A DNA stretch of 64,000 nt from an uncultured Dehalococcoidaceae bacterium (GTDB lineage: Bacteria; Chloroflexota; Dehalococcoidia; Dehalococcoidales; RBG-16-60-22), in assembly GCA_964493435.1 (NCBI GenBank), contig CAZBMB010000004.1, positions 66,719 to 130,718 on the forward strand, written 5' to 3'. Shown here piece after piece: positions 45,807 to 55,000 of the stretch. Numbering within the stretch: the first letter of the stretch is position 1; the number at the start of each line of letters is the position of its first letter. The translations under genes were made by a program, and so were the position numbers. The notes beneath the pieces are model-generated. The model was not told where the DNA came from. It saw only the letters and a program-made list of their open reading frames with translations, and did no database searches.

Positions 45807-47149
45807 TTCATATTAATCCAGAGTTAGTCACCATAGCCATGCTCGGTGGCATCCTGTTTTTCGTCATGCTCGGCTACCCCCTGGCCATTGTGGTCGGTGG
45901 TATGGGCATCGTCATGGGAATCATCATGTTTGGGCCAAATATCGCACTGGAAGTCATCTACCACCGCGTTTTCGAGTTGCTGAATAACTATATCCTCCTG
46001 GCGGCGCCCGGTTTTATCTTCATGGGCATCATGCTGGGGTATTCGGGAATAACCGAAAAAATGTTCGCCGCCATGTACCTGTGGCTCAGCGGTTTCCGGG
46101 GCGGGCTGGCCATAATCACCGTGTTAATCGGCACCGTCCTGGCCGCTACCGTTGGCATCATCGGTGCCTCGGTCACGGCGTTGACCATCATCGCCCTGCC
46201 CGCCATGATAAAGCGAGGTTACGATAAAGCTCTGGCCAGCGGTGCGGTCTGTGCCGGCGGCACCCTGGGCATACTGATTCCCCCCAGCATCATGCTGGTA
46301 ATCTACGGGCCGATGGCGGCAATCTCGGTAGGCAAGTTGTTTTTTGCCGCCTTTATCCCCGGGTTCGTGCTTTCCGGATTATATTGCAGCTACATCGCCA
46401 TACGCTGTTTCTTCCAGAAAGAACTGGCGCCCCCCGTGCCCGTTGAGGAGAGGGCAGTCCCCTGGGCTAAGAAAAGCTGGGACCTGCTCGTCTCCATGGT
46501 GCCGCCACTGGTACTTATTCTGGCCGTACTGGGAACTATTTTCACCGGCATCGCTACCCCCACCGAGGCTGCCTCCGTCGGTTCCCTCGCCGCCACGCTT
46601 ATGGCCATCGCTTACCGCCGGTTTAGCTTTCAGATCCTTAAAGATACCATGACCGAGACCATAAAAGTCACCGGCATGGTACTCCTGGTCGGTGCCACCG
46701 CTTACGCCTTCGTCGGCATATTTATGCGCGGTGGCGGCGGCGATATCGTTAAAGAGTTGATTCTGGGCGCTCCCGGTGGCAAATGGGGCATCTTCGCCAT
46801 CATCATGTTCATCGTCTTCCTGCTGGGCTATTTCATTGACTGGCTGGGGATACTGTTCATCGTCGTTCCCATAATAACGCCGGTAGGAGACGCGCTCGGT
46901 TTTGATAAGCTCTGGTTTGCCATGATGATATGCGTTAACCTGCAGACGTCCTTCCTGACCCCTCCCTTCGCCTACGCCATATTCTATCTCCGCGGTGCCG
47001 CTGATGCATCTCTGGGGGTAACCACCGGTGATATCATCCGCGGGGTATTCCCGTTTATTTTCCTCATCCTGATTGGGCTCGGGCTATGCATTGCCTTCCC
47101 CCAGATAATCCTCTGGCTGCCAGGGCAGATGATAACCGGCTTTAAGTAA
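45803..47149 (+). CDS. TRAP transporter large permease
   Basis: 448 aa DctM-like polytopic membrane protein. Confidence 0.9.
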   Translation: MIHINPELVTIAMLGGILFFVMLGYPLAIVVGGMGIVMGIIMFGPNIALEVIYHRVFELLNNYILLAAPGFIFMGIMLGYSGITEKMFAAMYLWLSGFRGGLAIITVLIGTVLAATVGIIGASVTALTIIALPAMIKRGYDKALASGAVCAGGTLGILIPPSIMLVIYGPMAAISVGKLFFAAFIPGFVLSGLYCSYIAIRCFFQKELAPPVPVEERAVPWAKKSWDLLVSMVPPLVLILAVLGTIFTGIATPTEAASVGSLAATLMAIAYRRFSFQILKDTMTETIKVTGMVLLVGATAYAFVGIFMRGGGGDIVKELILGAPGGKWGIFAIIMFIVFLLGYFIDWLGILFIVVPIITPVGDALGFDKLWFAMMICVNLQTSFLTPPFAYAIFYLRGAADASLGVTTGDIIRGVFPFIFLILIGLGLCIAFPQIILWLPGQMITGFK

Positions 47150-47170
47150 CAAGTGAGTCCAACGACTGGC

Positions 47171-47205
47171 AACCGCCCCGATAAAATCGGGGCGGTTCCT
47201 TTTTT
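47171..47205 (+). terminator. rho-independent terminator of the TRAP operon
   Basis: AACCGCCCCGA-TAAAA-TCGGGGCGGTT followed by CCTTTTTT, 22 nt after the permease stop. Confidence 0.75.
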
Positions 47206-47388
47206 AAAAGCGCGAGGGCTAATCGGCTTTTTCTGCGGATAACTTGTTCCAGGCGTACTATTTGTCATTTCCCACGTCTCTCATTATAATCTTAAGGGTG
47301 CTGATGCCACTCATATATCAATAAGTATATTCAATTTATTTCCCCATGTCGTGCGTCATATGACTACGGCAGGAAGGAGAATAGAACG

Positions 47389-48582
47389 ATGCCTGAGAAG
47401 CGGGGTACCGTTAGTAAGAAAAGAACTGCTGACCGTGTGGCGAAAGTATCTGACGTTGGCTTTGCCAAATTCTTAAATCTGTTCCACTCTCTGGAAGGCG
47501 GTATCTCACTGAGCGTCGGTGAGCCTGATTTCCCCACACCCTGGCACATATGCGAGGCCGGTATTGACGCCATGAAGAAAGGTATTACCACTTACACACC
47601 AACGGCGGGATTCCCCGAACTCCGGGAAGCCATCGCCCGGCACCTGGAAAAGCTCTACGGCATCAAATACGACCCCGAAACCGAAATCGTTGTCACCGTC
47701 GGCTCCAGCCAAGCCATGGACCTGGCCTTCCGGACGATTATAGACCCCGGCGATGAGGTTATCATGCCTGACCCTTATTACGTTTGCTACCCTTCCTGCA
47801 TTGTCCTGGCACACGGCGTGCCAATAACCGTGCCCACCAGGCCGGAAAACGGCTTCAAGCTGGAGCCTGACCAGCTTGAAGCCAGGATTACGCCGAAGAC
47901 GAAAGCCCTCCTCTTCGGTTATCCGGCCAATCCGACGGGTACCGAACTCACCCGCGAGGAATATGCTGAGATTGCCCAAGTGGTAGAAAAGCACGACCTG
48001 CTGGTTATCTCAGACGAGATATACAGTCGCCTTACCTACGGAGTAAAACATACCTGTTTTCCCACGCTTTCGGGAATGAAGGAGCGCACCATTCTACTCG
48101 ACGGCGTCTCCAAAGCATACGCCATGACCGGCTGGCGTCTGGGCTACGCGGCCGGACCGGCAGAAATCATGGCTGCCATCAGCAAGGTGCACCAGCACAC
48201 CATGCTGAGCCCGTCCAGCATGGCACAGATGGCCGCTCTAGAAGCCCTGAAAAGCGGCGAGGAAGATGTCCAGCGCATGCTGGCTGAATACAGCCGGCGC
48301 CGCGAGGTGATTGTCCGCGGCCTTAACGATATCGGGCTTAAGTGTCATGAGCCAAAAGGAGCCTTCTACGCTTTTCCATCGGTGAAGGTCACTGGCATGA
48401 CTTCAGACGAGTTCACCGAGAATCTCCTCAAGGAAGAAAAGGTGATTGTCATGCCCGGCAGTCTTTTCGGCCGGCTGGGAGAGGGGCATGTGCGCTGCTG
48501 TTATGCCACCTCGCTGCCCGATATTGAAGAGGCGTTACGTCGCATGGCCCGCTTTGTCCAGCGACACCGCGCCCGTGCCTGA
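47389..48582 (+). CDS. class I/II pyridoxal-phosphate aminotransferase (aspartate-aminotransferase-like)
   Basis: 397 aa. SKAYAMTGWRLGY (PLP Lys), PANPTG. GGAAGGAG RBS. Confidence 0.9.
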   Translation: MPEKRGTVSKKRTADRVAKVSDVGFAKFLNLFHSLEGGISLSVGEPDFPTPWHICEAGIDAMKKGITTYTPTAGFPELREAIARHLEKLYGIKYDPETEIVVTVGSSQAMDLAFRTIIDPGDEVIMPDPYYVCYPSCIVLAHGVPITVPTRPENGFKLEPDQLEARITPKTKALLFGYPANPTGTELTREEYAEIAQVVEKHDLLVISDEIYSRLTYGVKHTCFPTLSGMKERTILLDGVSKAYAMTGWRLGYAAGPAEIMAAISKVHQHTMLSPSSMAQMAALEALKSGEEDVQRMLAEYSRRREVIVRGLNDIGLKCHEPKGAFYAFPSVKVTGMTSDEFTENLLKEEKVIVMPGSLFGRLGEGHVRCCYATSLPDIEEALRRMARFVQRHRARA

Positions 48583-48756
48583 CCTAAAATCAATACCGGC
48601 ATGGCTGGAAATTACCAGTAAACCGAGCCGCCTCTCTGCCACCGCCTTCAATCGGTCTTCATAATTCAGGTAACACAGTACATAAATATATACCTGAAGT
48701 GTAAATTTATTCGCAAGCAACGCCTAGCAATCTATGACCAAAGAACCATGACCATC

Positions 48757-48837
48757 GGTACTAAAGTACCATTCCTTTTGTACCTGAAAATATCTCATAA
48801 TAAATATGAATGATAGGGAATACAGTACTCTTGTACC
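48757..48837. promoter_or_regulatory. two copies of a 14-bp GTAC-core palindrome (candidate operator pair)
   Basis: GGTACT-AA-AGTACC at 48757-48770 is a perfect 6+2+6 inverted repeat. AGTACT-CT-TGTACC at 48824-48837 conserves 10 of the 12 half-site positions. The centres are 67 bp apart. Confidence 0.4.
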
Positions 48838-48860
48838 ATAGAAGTACTAGATTACTGGCG

Positions 48861-48895
48861 TTAAGCTACCCCGCTGCGGGTAGCTTAATTTTTTT
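48861..48895 (+). terminator. rho-independent terminator-like hairpin immediately upstream of the response-regulator genes
   Basis: TTAAGCTACCC-CGCTGC-GGGTAGCTTAA (11-bp perfect stem) followed by seven T. It lies 279 nt after the aminotransferase stop and 19 nt before the ATG at 48914. Confidence 0.65.
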
Positions 48896-48913
48896 AAAAG
48901 ATTTAAGAAACCA

Positions 48914-49681
48914 ATGAAACTAACCGGAGAACTGATGAGCAGCCATATACTAGCTTTCTCAGACATTACCGGCGGGCCATTTTTACCCAGGCCCTTTACT
49001 CCTGATGAAATAAAAGCTATCATAAAAGAAGGCCGTCAGGGGTATGAAACGATGGACAGAAAAATAAAGATACTGGTGGTAGACGACGAGGAGACGGTAC
49101 GGGCACTCTTTCAGAGGATCCTGCAGAACGCTGGCTATAATGTTATCACCGCGGCCAACGGCGAAGAAGCCCTGTCTGTTATTACCAAAGGCGGTATTGA
49201 TATGGCATTGCTGGATATCAAAATGCCCGGCCTGTCCGGCGTTGACGTGCTCGGCAAAATAAAAGCCGCTGAGCTGGACCTCTGCGTGGTCATGGTAACC
49301 GCTGTGGCGGATGTTCAGGTCGCTGTAGAGGCCATGAAGCTGGGCGCTTATGATTACATCACCAAGCCTTTCGACCAAGATGAAGTGCTTGCTAAAATCA
49401 AGCAGGCCCTTGAGGTGTGGGGGGAACAGCTTCAGAATAAACAGCACTATCTCCAGCTCCAGCAGAATATCACCGAACGGACCAGTTGGATGCAGGTGCA
49501 GTTCACCGAGCTGGTAAACAGCCTGGCCAGAGAGCATAAGCTGCTGCAGCAACTGACGGCAAAACAGGGAGCCAGCGGCAAGTCCCTGCTCTCGGGTTTG
49601 CCCCCGGAATTGCAGGAGCCGATTACCTCAGTTGAAGAGTTCAGAAACGCCCTGCTCAGAATCCTGAAGAGGTCTCAGTGA
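48914..49681 (+). CDS. response regulator: receiver domain plus C-terminal coiled-coil, no recognised output domain
   Basis: The receiver begins KILVVDDEETVRALF...DIKMPGLSGVDVL...DYITKPF. The tail is Q/L-rich and helical. The start is uncertain: 48914, 48935 (after GGAGAA) or 49052 (MDRKIKILVVDDE). Confidence 0.75.
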   Translation: MKLTGELMSSHILAFSDITGGPFLPRPFTPDEIKAIIKEGRQGYETMDRKIKILVVDDEETVRALFQRILQNAGYNVITAANGEEALSVITKGGIDMALLDIKMPGLSGVDVLGKIKAAELDLCVVMVTAVADVQVAVEAMKLGAYDYITKPFDQDEVLAKIKQALEVWGEQLQNKQHYLQLQQNITERTSWMQVQFTELVNSLAREHKLLQQLTAKQGASGKSLLSGLPPELQEPITSVEEFRNALLRILKRSQ

Positions 49682-49721
49682 AGCCCGGTTACTCCGGTGC
49701 ATGAACAAGGTTGATTTTCCA

Positions 49722-50414
49722 ATGAAAAAGCGTATTCTAATCGTTGATGATGAGATGAGCATCCTGAAATTTCTCCGCTCCAATCTGGAAGACAGAGACT
49801 ACACGGTTATCAGCGCCACCAATGGCGAAGAAGCCATTGAAATCATAGAAAGGGAGCTGCCCGACCTCATTATCCTGGACGTAATGATGCCCAAAATGGA
49901 CGGCTTTGAGGTATGCCGCCGTCTGCGTGAATGGTCGCAGATTCCCATCATCATGCTCAGTGCCCGGGGTGATGAAAGCGACAAGGTGCAGTGCCTTGAC
50001 CTCGGCGCCGATGACTATATCGTCAAACCCTTCGGCTCCAACGAACTCATGGCGCGGGTCAGTGCCGTTCTGCGGCGCACGAAAGCCGCCAGCACCTCGC
50101 CCACGAAATCTTCCATTACCTGTGGTGACCTAGACATCAACCTGGCTAAAAGAAAGATAACCCGCGCTGGCGAAGAGATTAAACTTACCCCCACTGAATA
50201 TGCCTTACTTCAGGAGCTGGCGGTAAATTCGGGCAAGGTGCTCACTCACACCCACCTGCTGAACAAGGTGTGGGGTTCGGAATACCGGGATGAAAGGGAG
50301 TACCTGCACGTTTTTATCCGCCGGCTGCGCTCTAAATTAGAGCACGACCCGAACAACCCGATATACATCGCCACCGTTTCCGGCGTTGGCTACCAGTTCG
50401 CGGATACTGAATAA
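49722..50414 (+). CDS. OmpR/PhoB-family (KdpE-like) DNA-binding response regulator
   Basis: The track ORF is 49701..50414. I prefer MKKRILIVDDE. The receiver is followed by a winged helix: LTPTEYALLQELAVNSGKVLTHTHLLNKVWG...YIATVSGVGYQF. Confidence 0.9.
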   Translation: MKKRILIVDDEMSILKFLRSNLEDRDYTVISATNGEEAIEIIERELPDLIILDVMMPKMDGFEVCRRLREWSQIPIIMLSARGDESDKVQCLDLGADDYIVKPFGSNELMARVSAVLRRTKAASTSPTKSSITCGDLDINLAKRKITRAGEEIKLTPTEYALLQELAVNSGKVLTHTHLLNKVWGSEYRDEREYLHVFIRRLRSKLEHDPNNPIYIATVSGVGYQFADTE

Positions 50415-50450
50415 GAAGCAGCTCTTAACCTTTCCATATAAGCTCTGCAG

Positions 50451-50473
50451 GCGTCCGTTACGGGCGCTTTTTC
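50451..50473 (+). terminator. probable rho-independent terminator after the two-regulator unit
   Basis: GCGTCCG-TTA-CGGGCGC (7-bp stem with one G-U pair) followed by TTTTT, 37 nt after the stop at 50414. Confidence 0.55.
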
Positions 50474-50586
50474 TATCTCCGCTTAATTTTAAGAAAATCT
50501 TTAGAACTGCCGACTCTATTTTTAGGTTTTGTTTCGCACCCTAGCTTTATCCTGAGATTACAACTCCACGGCAAAGGAAATAGCTC

Positions 50587-51120
50587 ATGATGCGAAACAA
50601 GTGGCTGAAGCGTATCTTCCCCTACATCGTCCTTTTCCTGGTCCTTCCCTGGCCGGTGGCCTATGCCACAGGCGCTGGCGGGGTTTCCGGTGAAGAAGCG
50701 GTCAGAGTAGACGTTGCTGAGCTTTCAGCGCGGCCAAGTTATACCGCCTTCGGCAGGGCGATAGGAGGGATTAACAACCCCGGCGATCTCTTCTACGTTG
50801 ACACTACCGGCAATTCTGCGGACATCAATGTAACGCTGTACTTGACCAATGCCCAGTTACTGGTCAGGTGCTACCGGTATCTGATTCTAGACGTAGGCAT
50901 CTACGTCGAAACATCTGCCGGCAGATGGGAAAGGGCAACCGCAAGCAACGGGGAGGTTGTGCCCAAGACTATCATTTCAATGCACAACGGTCAGGTGAGC
51001 TTCCTTCTGCCCGGCAATTCCCGATACAGGGTCGCCATTGATAGCGGTTGTTTCTACTGCGGCAGAGCTGGTGCCGACAGCCAATCCCTATCTCCACAAT
51101 TCAGCCTGGAAGTGATTTAA
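50587..51120 (+). CDS. secreted hypothetical protein
   Basis: 177 aa. N-terminal signal peptide (KRIFPYIVLFLVLPWPVAYA/TG). The mature part looks beta-rich, with a C-terminal CFYC. No family recognised. Confidence 0.6.
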   Translation: MMRNKWLKRIFPYIVLFLVLPWPVAYATGAGGVSGEEAVRVDVAELSARPSYTAFGRAIGGINNPGDLFYVDTTGNSADINVTLYLTNAQLLVRCYRYLILDVGIYVETSAGRWERATASNGEVVPKTIISMHNGQVSFLLPGNSRYRVAIDSGCFYCGRAGADSQSLSPQFSLEVI

Positions 51121-51123
51121 ACA

Positions 51124-51417
51124 GTGAGCGTCAGTGATAAAAACAGGGTAAATATGTTGCAGATAAGGCAGAATAACAAAATTTTATTTTCGGTGCACAA
51201 TGAGATGATGAAACAGTTCCGCAGGTCACACGGGAGGGTGGCCACGTTTCTTCCCATCACGGTTAAGGGACGGGATATCATATCCAGAACGCAACCAATG
51301 GTCGCCGAACATGTCCGCCTGGATAAAGGTGGCTCGCATCGTGAAAAGACGACCATCAATTGGTTTATCTGCCCGTCATTGCCGAGGGTAGCTGGCTACA
51401 AGTTGTCGCCAAACTGA
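51124..51417 (+). CDS. doubtful hypothetical ORF
   Basis: 97 codons with a GTG start 3 nt after the upstream stop. It is rich in AGG/AGA/ATA codons that neighbouring genes rarely use, and no motif is recognised. It may be non-coding leader for the next gene. Confidence 0.2.
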   Translation: MSVSDKNRVNMLQIRQNNKILFSVHNEMMKQFRRSHGRVATFLPITVKGRDIISRTQPMVAEHVRLDKGGSHREKTTINWFICPSLPRVAGYKLSPN

Positions 51418-51445
51418 CGGCCTGAAAATATGAGAGCAATAGAAG

Positions 51446-51832
51446 ATGGAGAAACCGATGAGAAAGCGCACCTGCATAATGGCCATCGATGACGAATCAG
51501 AGATACTCCGACTGCTCAGAAATATACTTGAAGACGAGGGGTACGACTTCATCGGTGCTGACAGCGGCGACTCTGCGTTTTCCCTGATGCAGAATCGCCA
51601 CCCAGATCTGATTATCCTTGATATCATGATGCCAGGCCTCAATGGTTTTCAGGTGCTTGACCGGATACGTCAGGAATCAGATATACCGGTAATCATGCTG
51701 ACCGGCATGGGTGAGGTCACCGCCTTGCGCGATTCCGTGGAGATTGGTGCCGATGATTACGTCAGAAAACCATTTTATCCACTGGAGCTTGTGGCACGCG
51801 TGCGGGCCAAATTACGCCGGGTAGCCTGTTAA
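51446..51832 (+). CDS. stand-alone receiver-domain response regulator (OmpR-type receiver ending at the linker)
   Basis: 128 aa. IMAIDDESEILRLL...DLIILDIMMPGLNGFQVL...GADDYVRKPFYPLELVARVRAKLRR, then stop. Confidence 0.8.
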   Translation: MEKPMRKRTCIMAIDDESEILRLLRNILEDEGYDFIGADSGDSAFSLMQNRHPDLIILDIMMPGLNGFQVLDRIRQESDIPVIMLTGMGEVTALRDSVEIGADDYVRKPFYPLELVARVRAKLRRVAC

Positions 51833-51903
51833 AATTATCATTTATGAGACTCGGAGGGAGAAAACGAGGCAAATTACTCTTCAGGGAAGAAGGTTGATGA
51901 ACC

Positions 51904-52083
51904 ATGGTAACGACGATTTTCCACACAGAAACGAACGGAGCCGCAACCAGACAGGAAAACGGGAGGAAATTCATATATTGCCCGCACTGTAACCGGCGAG
52001 GTCTTTACAAGGTAAAACACCACTACGAGCGCTGTCGGTACTGCGGCCTTTACCGAATTCTGCTACCCGGCCAGGACTTTTGA
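51904..52083 (+). CDS. possible 59-aa zinc-ribbon protein
   Basis: Below the track cutoff. My translation is MVTTIFHTETNGAATRQENGRKFIYCPHCNRRGLYKVKHHYERCRYCGLYRILLPGQDF, with CPHC...CRYC. The RBS is weak, and the 3' end overlaps the convergent oxidase gene by 21 nt. Confidence 0.35.
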   Translation: MVTTIFHTETNGAATRQENGRKFIYCPHCNRRGLYKVKHHYERCRYCGLYRILLPGQDF

Positions 52084-55000
52084 GTTTCCGTTTCCCCTGA
52101 GATAGTCAATCATGGGCTGGGTCACCAGCGGTACCACATCGCCAATCATATGCGGCATCAGGTTGCCCATAACCTTTGGCATCAGTTCCGGCATCTGCTC
52201 CTTCATATAATCAGGCATGGGGATGCGCTCCGCCACACGTTCCAGCATGACCGGCATGACCTTTGGCATCATCATGGGCAGCAGCCTAAGGAACAGGACG
52301 GGGAACATGGGCTTCATCAGTGATAGTGCCCCGGGAATCTTACCCATCAACCTCATCATCTTCCCCATACCGAAAGGCATGGCATCAATAAGCTCAGGCC
52401 ACATCGCGCCCATAAGGTCGGCAAAGCCCTGCGGTGTCATCAGCGCAATCATGGCCTCAAAGACAGCCCATTGGCGCTGTACTTCTGGATTCGGGTCGGG
52501 GAACTTATAGCCGAGATAGGAGGCGGCGAAACGGGCCAGATCCACCACCTCAATCGGCACCTTCTTCTTATCGGCGCTCACGCGGAACTGGAATTCGCAA
52601 CAAGGGCATAGCGCCAGCATCTTCTCCGCACCGACTGCTATCGCTTCATCTAGACGCTCTTTCCCGATATCCGCCGCCACCGGCGGCTCTTTAATAAGCG
52701 TCAGCACGCTGCCACAGCAATGGGCGTTTTCACGGTTGTACTCCATCTCCGCCAGCTTCACATTGGGGAGCGCCTTAATCAGCTCCCGCGGCGCGTCATA
52801 GACTCCGGAAACACGACCGATGTGGCAGGAATCGTGCCAGGTAACGGTACAGGGCTTCTGGCCGCCGTCCTTGAAGGTGAACTCACCTTTATTTATCTGT
52901 TCCGCTAGGATTTCACTGTAGTGCCTGGCTTTGATGTCGTATTCAATGCCCAGCTTTCTCGCCCACACGGAATAGAAGTAACGCCACATCATATCGCAGG
53001 CCGGGCAGGAGGTCACCACCGTATCCGCCCCGGCTTCTTTGACCGCAGCAATGTTTTTCTTAATCGTCTCGATGAAAACGTCCCACTTACCCGCCACCAG
53101 CATGGGCGTCCCGCAGCAGTTCTCCTTCTCACCGACGTAGGTGAAGTCCACGCCGGCGGCATCCAGGAGCCGGACACTGGCCATACCAATATCGTGCTCC
53201 ACGTAGCTGGCGGTGCAGCCGGCAAAATACGCTATTTTAGCCTTATGCCCCGGCCCATGTTTCTCTTTGAGGTCGGCCGGGAACCAGGCGGCCCTGTCCT
53301 TGCGGTAGCCGGCCCAGATATCGCCCTCCTTGCTAAGCGCCGCCGCCATCATCTCAAACGGCGGGAAGGTCATTTTCTTATCTTCGTCAATGAGCTTGCC
53401 CCGCAGCTTCATCCAAGCAGGCTCAATGGGCAGCGATGCCGAGCAACGCAGGTTGCACAGCTCGCAGGTGGTGCAGACGACAATGGTGTCCACCATGAAC
53501 TGGTCCCATTTCTCACGACCTTCCATGAATTCACGCAGCCAGTACCACTTTCCCCTCGGGCTCTGGCTCTCCCAGCCTCTTCCATAGAACTGGTCACATT
53601 CATCAATGCAGTAGCCGCACTGAGAACAACTGTAAGCATACCACGCTACGTCAGCGGGGATGCCTTTTACCGGCCTGGTGGGCGCTTCGCCAATATGCGT
53701 GATGACATAGTTGCCGAAAGGCCGGAGCAGCGGTTCAAAGGCACCGGCCACAGCCATGGCCATTCCCAGAAGGCCGCCATTAAGTACCTTGCCGGGATTC
53801 AAAATGCCCCGCGGGTCAACCTGTTGCTTGAATGATTTAAGCCGGGCAGTTCTCTCCGTGCCGAGTATCTTTGAAGCTTTCTTGGCGAAGTAAAGGCCGG
53901 TAGCGTAAGGTCGACCACCGTGCTTCTCGGCAATCTTCATGATGGTGAGCGACAGTGGGAAGACAAAATTGTAGCCAAATTTATGCTGGTCGCTGGGGAT
54001 GAAACCGAGAATAACCACCTCGGGCTGGCCATTATTGCTTTTCTGGATGATGACGCCTTCCTTGACCACGGGCTGGTCCACTTTATTTTCAATCTCGGTC
54101 ATCACGTCGCCCAGACCGGAGAGCGGCACGACGATTTCCGCCGGCACCAGGCTTGGTCCGAGTCGCTTGACAATCATCAATTTAAAGCGATTTTGCCACT
54201 CGTGCTCCGCAATGCGCTGGCTCAGTATTTCCGCCTGGCATGGTTTCATCAGTTGCGGGAGCTTGCCCATCACCGCATTGCGGTCCTTTTTACGGAACGT
54301 CAGCGTGGTAATGTAGGACGCCGGCAGCAGTACTCGCTCCTCCACCGGGTGTTCGTGGTGCTCCCTCAGTGGCGCTTTGTTCTTCAACTCGGCCATTTTG
54401 GGGTTGATAAACATCAGCGACCATATCGGCAGCTTCGCTTCAATCATAGCCTGAATTAGCTTCTGCAGGTCGTGGGCGTCCGGACAGCCGATGGAGACCA
54501 CCTCCATGTCCTCCAGCGGCATCACCTTCAGCGTCACCTCGCTGATAAGGCCGGTTACACCCTCGGCTTCGGATATTAAATCGAGCTCCGAACCGCTGAA
54601 ATCACGTGCTTCACCGCTGGGCATTACCGCCCGGGCGCTGACCACGTTATCGCTGAACCAGCCCGCCTCATACGAACCGATTCCAGTTCCACCCTGGGCC
54701 AGCCATCCCCCGACCGTCGCCGCCGGGTAGCTCGTCGGGTAGAGCTTCAGGGTGAGGCCCTGCTTCTGCAGTTCCCGATCCAGCTTCTCCCACACCACAC
54801 CGGCCTGCACCTTTGCCGTCATCGCCTTGGGGTCAATATTGATAACGCGCTTCATGCGGTAGAAATCAACCGTCACCCCCTTTTTTACGGGCAGTACGCC
54901 GCCATATCCTGACGTCGCTTTGCCCCGCGGCGTCAGCGGTATATTGTTTTCGGCCGCCCATTTCACCAGCGCCACCAGCTCTGCCTCAGTCTCCGGCTGC

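Noticed and set aside
52921-53835. 304-aa plus-strand ORF, with further plus-strand ORFs at 53920-54459
   Set aside because: They are antisense to the 1032-aa FAD/Fe-S oxidase gene. The translations are Arg/His/Gly-rich and low in complexity.
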